Positions 1 through 14,643 of a stretch of 64,000 bases of DNA are shown here, in pieces. Each line of letters begins with the position of its first letter. Positions within the stretch are counted from its first letter, which is position 1. The notes beneath the pieces are model-generated. The model worked only from the letters and a program-made list of their open reading frames with translations, did not search any database and was not told where the DNA came from. A program made the position numbers and the translations under genes. The stretch is from Camelus dromedarius (taxonomy: Eukaryota). The stretch covers positions 50,346,001 through 50,410,000 of the forward strand of contig NC_087436.1 of assembly GCF_036321535.1 (NCBI RefSeq), given 5' to 3'.

Positions 1-279
1 GCATAATGTATTTATACATAGCATACTAGATGGCAAGGCAAAGGAGCAATAATGGAGTCCAAAACTAGCTCAGAATCTATAGGGAAAAAATTTTCCAATT
101 TTATAACCTTTCATAGAACACAGTCTATACAGTATTTTATTTAACACTAACAAGAATATTCTAGGATAGATAGGAAGGGTTTTATCTTCAGAGATACATA
201 AGCGAAAACATTGAAGCTAGAGAAGTTAACAGTGAAATAGAAAGGGATCAGTGGGAAAACTTTCAAAATAATCATCAGT

Positions 280-495
280 TTGGTGACTTATTAGATTTAA
301 AGACTGAGGGAGAGGAAATGGAAAAATTCTATTTAAAGATTCAATCACTAAGAAAATTGGGACATTATTGACAAGAAATATGGAATCTGTGAGAAAATGC
401 AGCAATCTTGGGTGAAGCAGATAAATTCATTTTAGGAGAATCCAGCAAGATGGAAATGGCCTGTATGCAGCTGGAGGTATGCTCCAGCAGAGAGA
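280..495 (-). mobile_element. L2 LINE fragment (old)
   Basis: Purine-rich run resembling antisense L2 (gataaattcattttagga...ggaaatggcctgtatgcagctggaggtatgctccagcagagag). Confidence 0.5.
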
Positions 496-1124
496 ATGCT
501 TACGTATGCTGATGAAGATAACACGCTATTACAGAACATTTCATACATCTCTAATCTATCAGCACAGGGTATTTTGTACCCTGATTAGAAATGTTCATAA
601 GAACATTCTATCACACCCTCTGAATGACACAATAATTGTGTCACCTTCTATGAATATAGGTGAGCACAAATTCCTCTACTCACATCTCCTGTTTTTCCCT
701 CCAAATCTCCACACCCTCAGCCACCTGAAGCCCAGGTCAGAGAAGTAGAGAAAAATTCTTTTGCCAGACCTCTCAGCTTCTCTTTATTTCATCATTTCTA
801 CCTTTTATTCTTTCTAATTTAGTTAAAAGAAGATTTTAAACCAATGCAGAAAAATCCATTGATAACACTATAGCCTCTTTACTAGAGATTAACAGTTAAT
901 AACAGGTTAACAAAATGTCCTTTGAAAAAGATGAGCTGCTAATTGACAGTTCACACAACTATTTTTTTGCTCTCAAAAGCAGGAGAGTGGATACCATTTG
1001 TCTTCTGTCCCTGTTTCATTTTCCATCATCATCATCCAGCTTGGGTTAATATTAATAAGTAGTATTTTAGCTTCTGACCCTTTGCCAGCAAGAGATGACT
1101 TTATAGTTGTTTATTCAGTTTAGG

Positions 1125-1197
1125 GATACATTGACTTTTTGATAATAGCCATTCTTACATGGGTGAGGTGAAATCTTGTTGTGGTTTTGATTTTCAA
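1125..1197 (-). mobile_element. Short L1 fragment
   Basis: tttttgataatagccattcttacatgggtgaggtgaaatcttgttgtggttttgattt matches antisense L1 ORF2 3' sequence. Confidence 0.65.
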
Positions 1198-1544
1198 AGT
1201 GATAGACTGATTGATACTGACATTTACAGACTTACTCCAGTTTCTATTTCAAAAGATTCCATTTGTTGGAAAAATAGTCAACTTAGGGAAATCTCTGGCC
1301 AGAAAAATAGAGCAAATACAACTAACCTAAACTCTAAGATAATGAGTTCAAGAAACCACCTGGTGATTTTTTAAATGATTCAACTGAAGAAGGAAATAAT
1401 TTCATTTAAATTCATAGTCAATAAGCTACCATGGATCTTTGTTTATTTATTTAGAAACAAGTGGGCATTAAGATTATAAAATCTAGATATACTTTCCTCC
1501 AGATGTTCAATGTTTCTTTATCTGGTTAATTATTTTTCATTATA

Positions 1545-1760
1545 AGGCATACTAAGACCATATGCCTAAGTACTGTCAGTTACATGTATTATTTAATTTA
1601 GTAGCCTCATTAACAGTCTGAGGTATTATCATACTAGCTGACTGGTGATGTAACCAAGGCTTGGAGAGTTCAACTTGCTAAAAATTATGTGTCAAGTAAG
1701 CAGAGGAATCTGACTTGGAACCCAAGCTAAAACTAAACTCAAGGATCTAATCCATTACCA
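1545..1760 (-). mobile_element. MIR SINE
   Basis: MIR core-like sequence: gatgtaaccaaggcttggagagttcaacttgc...gtaagcagaggaatctgacttggaacccaag. Confidence 0.6.
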
Positions 1761-2564
1761 TTCTTCCTCCTTTTATAGTTAAAGTACATTGTAATGTCAA
1801 TAAAAGAGGTTAAAAAAAGAGGGGGAACAAGTCATAACACCATCATTCTAACACTTTAGCTTTTTCTATAATGTATACTCAACACATAAATTTTAAGAAG
1901 AAAAATTCCTTCTATAAACTAAATCCTTCTAATTCTATTGTCCACATAATTCACAGTACACCTCACCTCCTTCAGTTATCTATGAATGATCCATTATAAT
2001 GGAATGATCCATTGTTAGATCTTGCATTTAAAGCCAAAGTGCTCCTCTCCCTTTCCATATGACACCCCTTATCTGGAAACAGATTGGTCTCTGTCCTTAA
2101 TGTATTATTTTCTTCTTTATTCATGAGCTTTCATCCAGCTTTCAGTGCAGCTTTTAGGCTGGCAAGATTCTTGTCAGAATTTATTTTAATGTTCTCCATT
2201 TCTAATCTGATAAAGGTAACTCTCTACAAATGTGTTGTCTCTTCCCTCTGCTAAGACTAATGACTATTTCTAAATGTCAGTCATGTTATCCTATTTTACT
2301 TTGCTCAAGTAGTTTTTAATGCAAATTTAAATAGTTTTAACTAGACAATGTGTGAATAATTGAAATTTCACTTATGTCAACAACAGTGTATCATTTAATA
2401 ACCACTTACAATTCTCTAGTTTACAATTAAACCTCATTTAAAAATAAGTTCAAAAGTATACAAAAAATAGAGGAGGAAAGAATAAGGTGCTTTAAAATTA
2501 GGTTAAATTTAAATGGTGCTCGGTAATTTCCCTAAGAAATGTGAGCATTTTATCACAGGTAAAT

Positions 2565-2685
2565 TCTTAGATCTACTGTAGACAACTGAGCAAGAGATGT
2601 GCTTTATTCACCACTGTATCCTCAGTGCCTAGCATGATGCTTTCTGGATGGATGGATGGATGGATGGATAGTGAATTAATAAACA
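2565..2685 (+). mobile_element. L2 3' end with (TGGA)n tail
   Basis: ttattcaccactgtatcctcagtgcctagcatg followed by tggatggatggatggatggatgga. Confidence 0.75.
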
Positions 2686-2719
2686 ACTGAAAACGTAAAG
2701 TTTCGTGAGTCAGCTACCT

Positions 2720-2835
2720 TCTCAATTTATACATGAGAAAATGTGCAGTCATGTGATGTGACTTTCAAAAGGTCAGAAATCATTCAAAGGAGAACCAGTT
2801 CTAGACTTTAGGCTTCCTGAGTTCCAACCTGATAC
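2720..2835 (-). mobile_element. MIR SINE fragment
   Basis: atttatacatgagaaaatgtgcag...gtgactttcaaaaggtcaga...ctagactttaggcttcctgagttcca. Confidence 0.5.
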
Positions 2836-5800
2836 TATGCCCAGAGACCCAGCACACAAAGGAAAGATTTTAGTCTGAATCTTCAGGACAAAGTCAACGT
2901 CTCCAGGACTATCTTAATAGCCTCAGAACTAAAAATGAGGTCTACTTATCTATTCTTGAATAAATTAAACTGTTCTTGAAACTTTTCCATATTTCATTAA
3001 ATAAAAATATTTCTTACTCTGCCACAAGTAAAATAATAAATAGGATTTTCCCCGTTGTATAGATTCTTGATGTAGTATTCCAATAAACCAAAAATTGATG
3101 TTAGTAAAAAGAATTTATACCATGCATTTATTTCTCACTGCAAAATTCCAAATTCCCTTAACATTGAACTGTGCTGAAAAACAAACAAACAAAAAGTCTT
3201 CTTTCTTTCATAGAGGGAAAAATCACCTCAGTGTTTTGCCGGACTAACTTTATTAACATCAAATATAAACTTCCTGGCCAAGTAAAATAATTAATAGAGA
3301 GGTTCTGTTAACAGAATGATGGCTAGTCAGGGTATACTCTTAGGCTTAAATGGTGCATAACTCCACAACAGATTTACTAGCCTAGCAAATATTTCCACAT
3401 GCCTCCCATTCTGCCCCAGGCTGTCATCAGTTATAAATCTTTTTTCCTAAAAACAACAATTCTTTCTAAAACCCAAAGAATACATGAATACATTTCTTTC
3501 TTAGTATCTCTTTGGTTGACAGCTAGGACACAGGGGTTGATATAGTCAAGGGCTTCCTGGCACCAAGGAGGATTTCTGCCCTGCTATGAAGTTACAGGCT
3601 CCTTAGCAAGTGAGAGTGCTTGTTAATGAAGGACTAGGGTGGGTCACATGCCTCTCCTTCCTTCTAACAGGCTTATCCTTAAGCAGAAAGGTGAGGAAAC
3701 TGTTTTTCTGCTTGTTTTATTTGAACATTTTACTCCTTTATCTCATCCCCAGGTGGCAGTTTGCTTTTCAGAGCCCTTCTGTTTCCCCTTTGTCCTCTAC
3801 TCCTCTTTCTTCATTCCTACCTTAGAGGAGACAGTTCCTTTGGAAATTATTTTGACTTTCCATCTTTTCATAATCTTTGCAGCAAGAGACAGTGCAGCCT
3901 TTTAAAGTGCCTAGAACGATACCCGTCCACCGCCCCAGAGTGCTCTGGAAGGAATTCGTACTCCTTTGGCTTTGTATGATAGCCAGTTCCCAGTAACCTA
4001 CTATTTTCATTTACCATTATTTATATGACCTATATTTTAACTAACTTCATGTGTATCACATTTTTTATTTTTATGTGTCCTCAATGACAAGTGTAAATTT
4101 TGTACATTTGTCCAATGGGAGAACTTGCCTCTCAGGACACAAAACTCCTTTGGCACATCCTCTCGAGTCAGCCCCTAGGCAATCGTGTGTCCCTCTCTCC
4201 CTCCTCACCTCCCTCCCCCACTTTCCTTCTCCCTCTTCACCTTTCCTCCTTGCAGCCTCTCCTTGGTCTATTTCTCAGCCGCAGAAAGACCATTCACCCA
4301 TCATTTTTCAAGACAAATTTAGCACTGTTCCTACAATTCAAACTGCAGCACAGTTCCTATGATTCAAATAATTCCAAACGTGCAAATCTCCATCTATTTC
4401 CATTATCCTTCTCAGCAAACAAAATGTTCGACATAGACCCAATTTCACTCTCCTTCAAGTCAGGAGAGGATCATAAACAGAAGTTGTTTTCTGTCACACC
4501 AGGTCGTATGTGAACCCTTTATGCATGTGATGCTAATTACTTGTTCCAAGTCTTTTCAGATGTCTTTTTGAAAAGATTTCAGAGAAACTATTACTTTGCT
4601 TAAGTAGTAGATTCCAAAAGGACTATGATAATCCGTACTTCTGTATACTTCATTCACTGTATTTCCAAACTTATGATTTTTTTTTCAAATCATTTGTATT
4701 TCTCCAAAACCTGTGTTTTATTTGGAAATATTTAGAACGGGTGAAATAATACATTGTGAATACTTCTTACCTTTGGATTCTCAGGTCTTATCCTCAGATT
4801 ATTTCTGCCTCACTATTTCATCATTCTCCAGCATGATCTGAAATACAAATTATACAAATCTCTGAAACAGGGATTTCTAAAGCCTTTTGCCGCAGCCATC
4901 TAAGCCCAGATGAGAAGAATGGTTTTCACTGACAACTCAAAGAAATATATACATGATTCGCATATTAAATCTGTAAAGGAAAAGAGCATTCTAAAAGAAC
5001 TGAAAACAATAGACACAATAGTAGTTGCATACCAAAGGGAATAGAAACTCCAGTATTAATTAGAATAAACAACAGGTCCTTCAAATGCTACCCATGCTGA
5101 TTAAAAAGCAGGTAGATCAAGTATGGGATAATAATTCCCTTCATACACAGTGCCTGAAAACTAATAATTGGTGACCATAAGCTTGTGTGTCACAGTTAAT
5201 CCAGCTTGAACAAGGGAGATTATTTTATTTTAAACAAGGCTTTATGGAGAACTAGAAGACACTTTTTCATTCACTTGACTGAAAATACAAGCCAGTTCTC
5301 CATCATTACAATACCTGTCTCCCTCCTGGACATAAGATTTCATGAGCCTCTCCTGCAACATTTCATTACCAGACCACTTATTTTGACCAGGAAGGACTCT
5401 ACAGTGGCGCAAACTCCAGTGCTTTGAGGCAATAAATAAATAAATTTACATTTATTTAATGATCACCTGTAACACAATGAATAGGACCCTACACCTTATA
5501 ATTCTGTTTCTATTGCTCTCCTATCTTCCTATAAGACATTTGAGAATTTAGGCAGCTTTGAACAAATGAGTCAAACATGAAGGTGTTTACCCATACCTTC
5601 CTTGAGTCCCATAACCTGAAATGGGAGGCATAGTTCAGAGGCATTTTGCCATAATAATCTCATTTCTTAATACATAGAAGGCATATCAATCACTGTTCTA
5701 TTATATTTTGTGGTAACAAACCAAACCCCCCCAAAATTTGTCATAGGCAAAAGGAACTAGTTTCCAGCACATGAATTTGTTAATGGTTTTTTAAAGTCTT

Positions 5801-6329
5801 AGGGGAAAGTCACAGAGTCCCTGTCTTTGGGTAATGAGACAGCACAGATCAGATTCTCATTTCTCTGAAGTCAGTTGCTTTGCACACAATCATGTTTTTC
5901 ATCCCACCAAAGTACCAGGTTATATAGTTGAGTAGGGAAAAAAAAGCTTAGAGCTTTATTTATATTAATTTTAAGTATTAGAAGAAAGAATTAATCTATT
6001 CATTTTGAATTCCTTACCCAAGAGAGTTGTAGGTATAACTCCGATTTGACAGCAGGTAGATCAAGCAAATGACCTTACGACATTCCTACTTATTACTCTG
6101 CCCTACAATTCATTTTGTTTAAAACTTTAATACGCATTTCCTTTTATTTTTGGAAGTGTAATTCCTTAAAGCTGATGAATACCCTTGCCTAATTACCTTG
6201 ACACTGCTCTTTTCTGGTTCTGATTGCTCCTTGCAACTGAGCTCCACGTCTTCACAACAACACAGCTCTTCTGTATCATACTTGGATTCATTTCACTGTG
6301 GGGTTGGGTGTTCAAGTGGCCACCAGACT

Positions 6330-7966
6330 GCTGACTAGGCTCACTGTCAGCACACCTCATCAAGCTGCTGCAGCCTTCTCTGGTCACTGTCTCCTCACAT
6401 TCTTGATCCATTCATTACCTGTGTTCTAGATCCTTGGCACCTCCTTCTCAAGAGTAGTCATCAATCAATTAAACCATCTGTCTTCTAAACCATGACCTCT
6501 TTCACTTCACTGTGATTCTCCCTCAAAATTTAAGCACACTCACATCTCCTTCCATCTTGTGTTATTTACATTTGCTCTCTCCTTTTGTTTATCAATCTTT
6601 TCCGCCTCTCTGGTTAATGCTTTGTGGCTTCCAACAAGCCATTCTGCACAAACTACCCTTGCCAAAGCTACCATTGCCTTCTTTGTTGCTAAATTCATGG
6701 GGTATATTCAGTCCTTGACCAGAATGACACAATAGATACCTTCTGATCACTCCCACCATGAGAAGTCTCTCCTTCCATGGTATTTGCCTCCTTCCTCTCC
6801 TCAGGCCATTCCTCTCTCTGGCCTTTCTTCCTCTACTATTTACATGCTAATCTTTACCCCAAAAGCCTATTCTTCATATTTTTATAGCTTTCATATAGAG
6901 TCTTATTTAGATAATTTCATCCACTCCCAGGACATCAACATCTTTGAAAATTATTTCCAAATCTACATTTACAATACGCCCATATCTAGACTTCTTTTCT
7001 GAGGTCCAAGCTTTGAGCTCCAGATTAAAATTCTGTTGACCATCTCTCATTGTACCCCATGTACAACAGAAATTTCAAAATAAGCCTGTCAAAATGAAAT
7101 AGCCATCTTTGTTGATTCTTGGAAAGTCTTCTTCCCATTTGATAGAATATTACTAATACCCATAGAGTGGCCCAGACAAAAAGCAAAATAATCTATAACT
7201 ATCTCTTTCCTCAACCAAAATTCAGTCAGTGACAGTGCTTCAAATTAACTCTAAAAGCATTCAAATACATTTTTTTCTTTCCTAAGCCCCTTCTCTACTT
7301 TTGTTTAGATCTACATAATTTCTTGCCTGGATTAGTATACTTGTCAATTAAAGATCCTCCTGCTTCCATTAAATCTGATTCAAATAAAATCGATTCTACC
7401 TTCAAAGTATTCTCTCTAAAATCTGAATTTATTAATACTCTTCTTAAAATTCTTTAATGGCTTCTCTGGCCCTCCCTAATCTCACTTCCATCTCTCTCTC
7501 TCACTTTCTTCATCAGTATATTTTATATTACGCACTGCATCCCAGTTAGTCAAACTTTTTGTATTCCCAGAGCCAACTGTGAGATATGCATATTTTCCTT
7601 CTGTGACTAGGACACTCTTCTCCCCACTCTCCCAACCCTTTTCTGCTCCTCTCACCTGAATATTTCCTATTTGTCTTTCAAGTTGTACCACAGGCACTTC
7701 TTTCTCTAGAAAGCCTCTTTGAAACCTCCACCCCCAAGCTGTATTCAGTGTTGGTCCCTGATTTCCCATTATACCACATGGCAAACTCTAGCATGGAACT
7801 TAACAACACTATATACGAAACATCCATTTGCTCAACTATCTCTTCCAACAAACTTTACAAAACTGAGAGAAGGGTTTGTGTCTTACTCACCTTTAGATAT
7901 TCAACAACTCAGAGTGTCTAGCATAACTCAGGAACACTATAATGCTCATAAAATGAAGGAATGAAT
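6330..7966 (+). mobile_element. Long L2 LINE remnant including 3' end
   Basis: Pyrimidine-rich L2 body motifs (cttgccaaagctaccattgcc...gttgctaaattc; tcttgcctggattagt; ttcttaaaattctttaatggcttc). It ends in atgctcataaaatgaaggaatgaat. Confidence 0.75.
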
Positions 7967-8759
7967 CTGTTTCCTTAGATTTTTTTCCTGGTTATCAAAT
8001 ACCCTTGAAAGAGGACTGAAAACCAGTGAAAATTTGATTCTTCTAAATTCATAGACACTGAATTTTCAGTATACTGCAATCTTTTCCACCCCTCAATTTT
8101 TTTCTTTCCTACAAGCCTCATGAGGTCTTGAGGTATATTTTATCTCCTAACTGCCATTACTCTTGGATGCCTGATGAATATAGTTTCTTTCAAAGTGAAG
8201 ACAGATGCTAGTTAAATTTTCAATCCTCTATTCAAGTGAGTCATTACTTTAAAAATAATTATTATTATATGTGAAAGTTTATATTTATTATAAAGAGTAA
8301 AATATTTCAAAATGAATAAAACTTTGCTATATATTTATTTGCTTATTTGTCTTAAACCATGACTCAAGTGATTTATGATCTTCTAAATTTATGACTCGAA
8401 TAAAATATTAAAAGATCATGACTCATTTTGGCTTTCCAAATCTGGTTTCATTTTTAATAAGACATTCAACACCAATTCTTATGTTTTATGAATTGCTAGC
8501 AATTATAGATTCTGGCCAGGAACCGCGGCAATTAATATAAACTTAGCACTTCAATGATTTTGCTAATTTAATGGTCCTAAAAAAAATTATTTCCCTTCTA
8601 GTAGTAGTAGAAACAAGAAATGTCTTATTCTAGGAGTATAATCTTGGAAAATGACAAGAGATACTGAGAAAATGAATCAAGTATTATCAAGCACTTATCA
8701 AATATTTACAGAGTCTGAATTGAAACAAAATATCTAATGCTTTTATATTGATTTCAGAT

Positions 8760-9545
8760 ACTGTTCGAAGATTTCCATATGAATTTTTTACAGTCTTACA
8801 GTTTTCATGTATCTCCTGAAATGATCTTTCAACTCATTATAGCCATCCGTTTCTGTAAATGCTTTAACATATTTATCATAGTTTTTTAAAGACCTTACCT
8901 ATTAACTGCAAAACCTACTGACTCATTTTTTCTTGATTATGGGTCACATTTAAAATGTTTATTTACATGTATGATATTTATTTCTTTGCATGTATGGTAA
9001 TTTTGGATTGTATACTGGATATTGTGAGATACGATGTTAAGACTTTTGATGCCTTCATCTGAAAGATGCTGTGCTTTCTCTTAGCAGGCAGTTACATTAC
9101 TGGTGGATCATTCAAATTTGCAGAGGTTTGGTACTTTGTTAGGGTGAATCTATTTTAGTTTTGCCCTTAGTTTAAGATTGATCTCTTAATCCTGGGCATA
9201 GTATTTACTCCTGAAGCCTAGATCTTCTGGGAAAACCCAAGTTATTTATTAGATTCATGAGATTCAAACTCTAAACTCTGTCTCCCTTAGGAGGAGTGGC
9301 TGCTAAAAATCTCTCCACTCTACAGCCTTTCAGCTGTTTTTCACTCTTAAGCTGCTCATACCCTTGTCCTGTGCATGCTCAGTGCAGGAGCAGCCAAGGA
9401 TTTAGGAGATGGTTATATATATGTGAATCTCACTCAGGTATATAGTCTCCAGTTTCAGCACTCTTTTGATCACTCTCCAGTGCCATGAAACAGTTTTGTA
9501 GTTGTTATTGTAATTTGTTTTTTCCAAAGTTAATAGTTGTTCTCA
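8760..9545 (-). mobile_element. Ancient L1 (L1M/HAL1-like) 5'/ORF1 region
   Basis: T-rich antisense sequence with motifs such as tttctttgcatgtatggtaattttggattgtatactggatattgtga, typical of old L1 5' regions. Confidence 0.55.
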
Positions 9546-9557
9546 GGAAAAAAAGTT

Positions 9558-9705
9558 TGATAGATAAGTAGATAGATATAGATATACATAAATATACACA
9601 CAAGCTATTCTGTATATACTATACACAATATATACTCTGTATATATATATATACAGTGTATTATATATATACAGTATGTACAAACTATACACTGTATTGA
9701 TATTT
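9558..9705. repeat. Degenerate (GATA)/(TA)-rich low-complexity tract
   Basis: tagataagtagatagatatagatatacata...tatatatatatatacagtgtattatatatatacag seen directly. Confidence 0.85.
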
Positions 9706-10799
9706 CTGATATTAGAAAGATCTTTGTAATATATCCTGTCCTTTTGCTTTGTTGTGTCTTTCATGCTGTGTAGTCACGCACAAATTTGTACTAACATTGC
9801 ACTTATAATTAGGTATTCTCCAATATCCTGTCTAGGAGTTTCCTCTAGCACAAGTCACTAAATTTTGACATCACTGATCTAACTGAATCCGTAAAGTTTA
9901 ATTTTCTGGAACAGCACCAATTGTCCTGACATATTATGTAGAGGACTTAAATTTAATGTTTTAAAATATTACTTCTGGAATTGAGAGGGTAGAGGATATT
10001 TCTCCTTTCCAGAAATTATTCATGCATTTAAAGGAGTAAATATATAGACAGGTTACTTTTATTTTTCTCAGAAAACTTTTCAAACAAATTGAGATTTTAA
10101 ATACCAATAGGAAAGATACTGAGATTAAATATTTTGGATTAATTTTATGCCCTAAATATTACAGTTAACAATTAAATGTCCATTAGAGTCTAAGTATTTT
10201 TAACTTTTTAAAAAAAATTTGTGGTCTTTTTACTGTTCAATTAATATTTTATTAATACATTTCAAGTTCCTGATTTTCCAGTTATAAAACTAAAATATAT
10301 ACCAAGTACAGAACATTTACATTACTGGTAATCATCTAAATAATTTTTTCTATAAGAAAGTTTTTCAAGGAATACCTGTTATCTTGTTGTTTTATAGAAA
10401 TATGCCATAATGGAGAAGTGACAAAGCCATTGTGACTTTAAAATGATTAGGCTTGTTATTTTTTAAGCTGTAATGAAAAATATGGATTTGATGTCACGTA
10501 TCTCTGTCTCTATCATTCAAATCACACACACAGACACACATACACAGATAGCAGGCATTATAATTTTTAAAAGAACTGTTTTTAAAACTCTTACTGTCTG
10601 CATGTCACAAAATTTGACAGAAGACCTTGGCCCTTCAGTACCCAATCTTCATTTTACCCATTGTGCCCCAACCCACCAACATAGCCTTCCTTTGCCTTTA
10701 CAAAAGCACATTCATAACCAATTTAGGGCATAATATCAGTAATTTAAAATAATGCTCATAAGTTGGTCAGATCTTGGGAATGAAGGAAAAATGAGTATC

Positions 10800-11022
10800 T
10801 CAGCATGCCGTGAGTAGTTTATGAGCCCAGCATCCTCATTTCCATCTAATCCTCACAATCCCCTGTGACGAGTGTTCTTATCTCTTCTTTGCTAATAAAA
10901 CTATTGATGTCCAGAAAGATTTAAGTAATTCACCCAATGTTACATAGCTATTTACAAACAGAGTCTAGATTTAAATCAAAGCCGTGGAGTCCAGTGCTCT
11001 TAACACTGCTGTACACTGCTGT
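10800..11022 (-). mobile_element. MIR SINE
   Basis: atctaatcctcacaatccc...taagtaattcacccaatgttacatagcta...gatttaaatcaaagcc...gagtccagtgctcttaacact. Confidence 0.7.
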
Positions 11023-11422
11023 GCAATGAAGACTTCAAAGTCTGCTTCTATTCCATAAAGTTCTGTGTTTCCACTGATACCACAGATCAGCCATTTGATG
11101 AGTCATTTAAATTCTCCGCCTTAATACTAAATAGAAACAAGTTAATAAAACCTTCACTTTAAAATATCACAGGAAAAAATTCATCTCAGCAACTCCCTAA
11201 ATAAGCTGTGTGTCTCTCCCAATTTGGGAATTATTCTTCCCAAGCCAAACAATAAATTATGGTACATTAATGTAAATACTAAAACTAATATTAGAAGAAA
11301 AACATTATTTTCTGGAAAGCATCAATAGGTAATTACCAACTCAAAGGGAAAGTCTAGAAAATAATAGAACTAAACACATTCACAAATGAGAATCTGAAAT
11401 TAGAATATCTTACAATTAGTAT

Positions 11423-11810
11423 TGCTAAAGATTGAATTGTGTCTCTCCCAAATTCACATGTTAAAGCTCTAACCTCTAATATGACTGTATTTGAAGACAG
11501 GGTCTATAAGGAGATAGTTACAGTTAAATGCAGTCATAAGGATGGGTCCCTGATCCAACAGAATTAGTGTCTTTGTAAGAAGGAACACCAGAGAGCTCAC
11601 TCACTCTCCCTCTCCTCAAAAACACAAAGAGGTCACGTGGGCATATGGTGACCACCTACAAACCAGGGAGCAGAACTTCACCAGAAACCAACCATGCTGG
11701 TACCCTAAGCTCAGGCTTCCAGCCTCCAGAACTGTGAGAAAATAAATGTCTGGTATTGAAGCCATTCAGTCAATGCTATTTTGCTATAGCAGCCCAAGCT
11801 AATTAAGATA
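11423..11810 (+). mobile_element. MaLR solo LTR (MLT1A-like)
   Basis: Starts tgctaaagattgaattgtgtctctcccaaattcacatgtt, contains cttccagcctccagaactgtgagaaaataaatg, and ends tatagcagcccaagctaattaagata. About 390 bp. Confidence 0.9.
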
Positions 11811-11829
11811 ATTACTATTAGCTATTAAA

Positions 11830-12030
11830 ATATAACAATAGCTCTGTGATGCTTGAAAGCATTATTTTAAGTAATCTTCATCACAATCCTATGAGATTAG
11901 TCCCATTTTACCTATGAGAAACCTGAGGCTTAGAGAGATTAAATAACTTGCACAAGATTACACAGATTATTTACTAGCAAAGCTGTGACTAGAATTCACA
12001 TCTCCTGGCTCCTCATCCATTCTTCTGTCA
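11830..12030 (-). mobile_element. MIR SINE
   Basis: cccattttacctatgagaaacctgaggcttagagagattaaataacttgcacaagattacacag is a well-preserved MIR core. Confidence 0.85.
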
Positions 12031-12327
12031 CAACACCTATGTTGTGATACTAAATAGTAAGCACTTTTCCTATTTGAGGACTCAGTATCACCAGCGATGT
12101 CTATAATTGCTAAAAACATGACTAATACTATAAACCACTTTGAATGGTACAAAATTATCCATATGTTATTAATTAGTTTTGCAATATAGAGAGAATCTAA
12201 AGAGAAACTTTATAATGCTCTCTCAGCAGCCTGTATGAGATTAAAGGTGTATTTTATTAAGCATAACATAGCCAAGACCACATATGAGAATGCCACTCAT
12301 TCCATCTTGAATTACCCAGAACTACCT

Positions 12328-13295
12328 CATTCATGTATTTATGTATTCATTTATTCAAAGGAAGTCATCATGGGCTATTTGTAGTCTTCTAAGCTGGAGA
12401 TATAAGGATAAACAAAACTGAAGTGTCCAAGGCCCTCATGGCATTTGCATTTAAGTAGAGCAGAGAGGCCTCCCAAATAAAATAAGGAGAAATTTTGCTG
12501 GGAATGCTGAAGGAAATAAACAAGTAATATGAAAAAAAATAACTGCAATGAGCGTCTTCTTTAAATGGGATGTTAGGAAATACCTACTGAAGAAGATGAC
12601 TAGCTGAGCGCTTATCAGTGAGAATGAGTCAGGTACCCAAAGAGCTGGGAGAAGAGTGCTACAGGCAGGAAGGACAACAGGAACAATGCCTGGAAAAGGA
12701 AAGTTATTGATGTGTTTAAGGATGAGAAAGTAAGAGTACAGAACATAAAGAACCAATGGGAGTAGGTAATGGGTGAGACTGGAGAAAAGGGCAAAAAAGC
12801 AAAATACAGTGGAAATTCTGAGCAAAAGTATGAAAATTTGGTTTAATTCCAGATACAAAGAGGAAACCACTTAAAGCAGAGAGGTAATCTAGTTTGCATA
12901 TTTTTTTAAAAAATCACTGTACCTGCTGCTTTGGCAGCAAAGTCCAATTAAGTGGTTACTGCATTAGTCCCGGAGAAAACTAAAGATGCCTTATAAGAAG
13001 TTTTAGCAATAGAGATGACAAGACAGTAAGATTTACCCACATATTTTGGTGACTTGGCCAACAGGACTTGCCTAGATATTGAATAGGGTGGTAGAAATGA
13101 GGGGATACAAAGAGACACGCACAATTTCTAAGTATCTAGCTTCATGTACTAGATGTGTGGTGGTGTCACTTACTGAGATAGGGATGTTCACAGAAAGAAC
13201 AACTATGTGGGGGGCAGGAGGAGTGGAGAATGGAGGGAGCTGTTTTTTAACACATAAAATTTTGAGATGTCTTTGTGATAGTCAGATGGATCACC
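12328..13295 (-). mobile_element. L2 LINE remnant
   Basis: Starts with a cattcatgtatttatgtattcatttattcaa tail, followed by a purine-rich antisense L2 body. Confidence 0.75.
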
Positions 13296-13299
13296 TCTC

Positions 13300-13960
13300 T
13301 GGGGAAGATGGTGTCCTGAATTCTGCCTTCTCATCTACCACTTGCTAATTCTCCTGAGTGAAGTAGCAACTGTGATAAGACAGTGGGCAGAGTTCAGAGG
13401 GGTATGTGATGTCCAGAGGGTGCTACAGTCAAGGAGAGAAAGGCACAGGGTTTTATGCATCAACCGCATTATTCCTGAGACTATGAGGGTGCTAACACAC
13501 TCACTAGGGACACATGGAGCAGACTGATTTTTTGCCATCTTCCGAGGACACACAGCTGGCCATCAGGAGAGAAAACAGCGCTCCCTCTGTGATGTCCAGA
13601 TTTGCAGCCCTGAAAAGAACACTTTCAGTTTATCCTTACAGGCAAAGATAGACAGAGCCTAGAATTGGAAAAAGGAAATAAAAACAGACCTTAGGGAACC
13701 CAGTTGCTGGAAATAAGACAAAGAAGCAGAGCACCTAGAATAAGCCATACTTCATGGACTAAAACACAAAAGATACAATCTCTTAATTATGGCATGAAAA
13801 TCATCAGACAAAATATAACATTTTTAAAATTTAAAACTGCAATTGTCAAAAAAGAAAATGTCATGTTGAAAAGTGAAGAAATATTTCAAAACACAAACAG
13901 ATATCAAAACCAGGATCACAAGGGAAACAAATAACAGAAGGTTAAAGGAGAGGTCTAGCT
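13300..13960 (+). mobile_element. Possible ancient L1 5' UTR/ORF1 start
   Basis: Begins gggaagatgg, then a moderately GC-rich segment, then an A-rich ORF1-like segment. Confidence 0.35.
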
Positions 13961-14643
13961 CAGTGATACGGATTCATTCACTTGAATAGAATTTAATGCA
14001 CAGAAAAATGTTTTATTTACCTTTATTTCCAGAATCAGCCTCTTCAACTTCTTGACAACACTCCTTGTTAGAAAAGAAACTCCTACCTACTAGACATTTC
14101 ACTGTAATTGAAACACAGTTATCTTGGCACCTCCAATATGTACCAATAGCATTAGTTAAAGTGAGTATACAATGCATACAGTGCAAGCACAGTACCTTGC
14201 TTAACAGGGACTCAACAATTTTAGTTTCCTTTCTGCCTCGGAGGCAAATGTCCCTTACTTTCACTTTTTTAGGACTGATTAATTGATTGATTGATTGATT
14301 TTCCTCTTTTCTAAACAGTCTTATAAAACTAAATGTACCTCCATGTTTTATTCCTTCCTAATAAAATTCCTTTCAATAAAAGCAACTTCTTTTTATCATT
14401 GCTGCTATTAAGGGAAGAAAGTACAAGCTTCTAGAATATATATTTTGACTTATATTTACATTAGGATATAAATAAATCCAGACTGACATAGTATCATATT
14501 CCATAAAAATAAGTTGGTGTATGGAAATAGTTTCTAAGCCACCATTGAAACAGAATGCAATGAATGATGCAAACATGTACCTATCTTTCTCTACTAGTAA
14601 CATATTACAGTTCAATTCAATAGCATAATGAAGCCTTTGCTAT

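Noticed and set aside
12451..12870. Hydrophobic 139-aa ORF (also 23963-24424 and 4100-4513)
   Set aside because: The Leu/Phe/Ser-rich composition comes from pyrimidine-rich L2 or low-complexity DNA. There is no family motif or exon structure.
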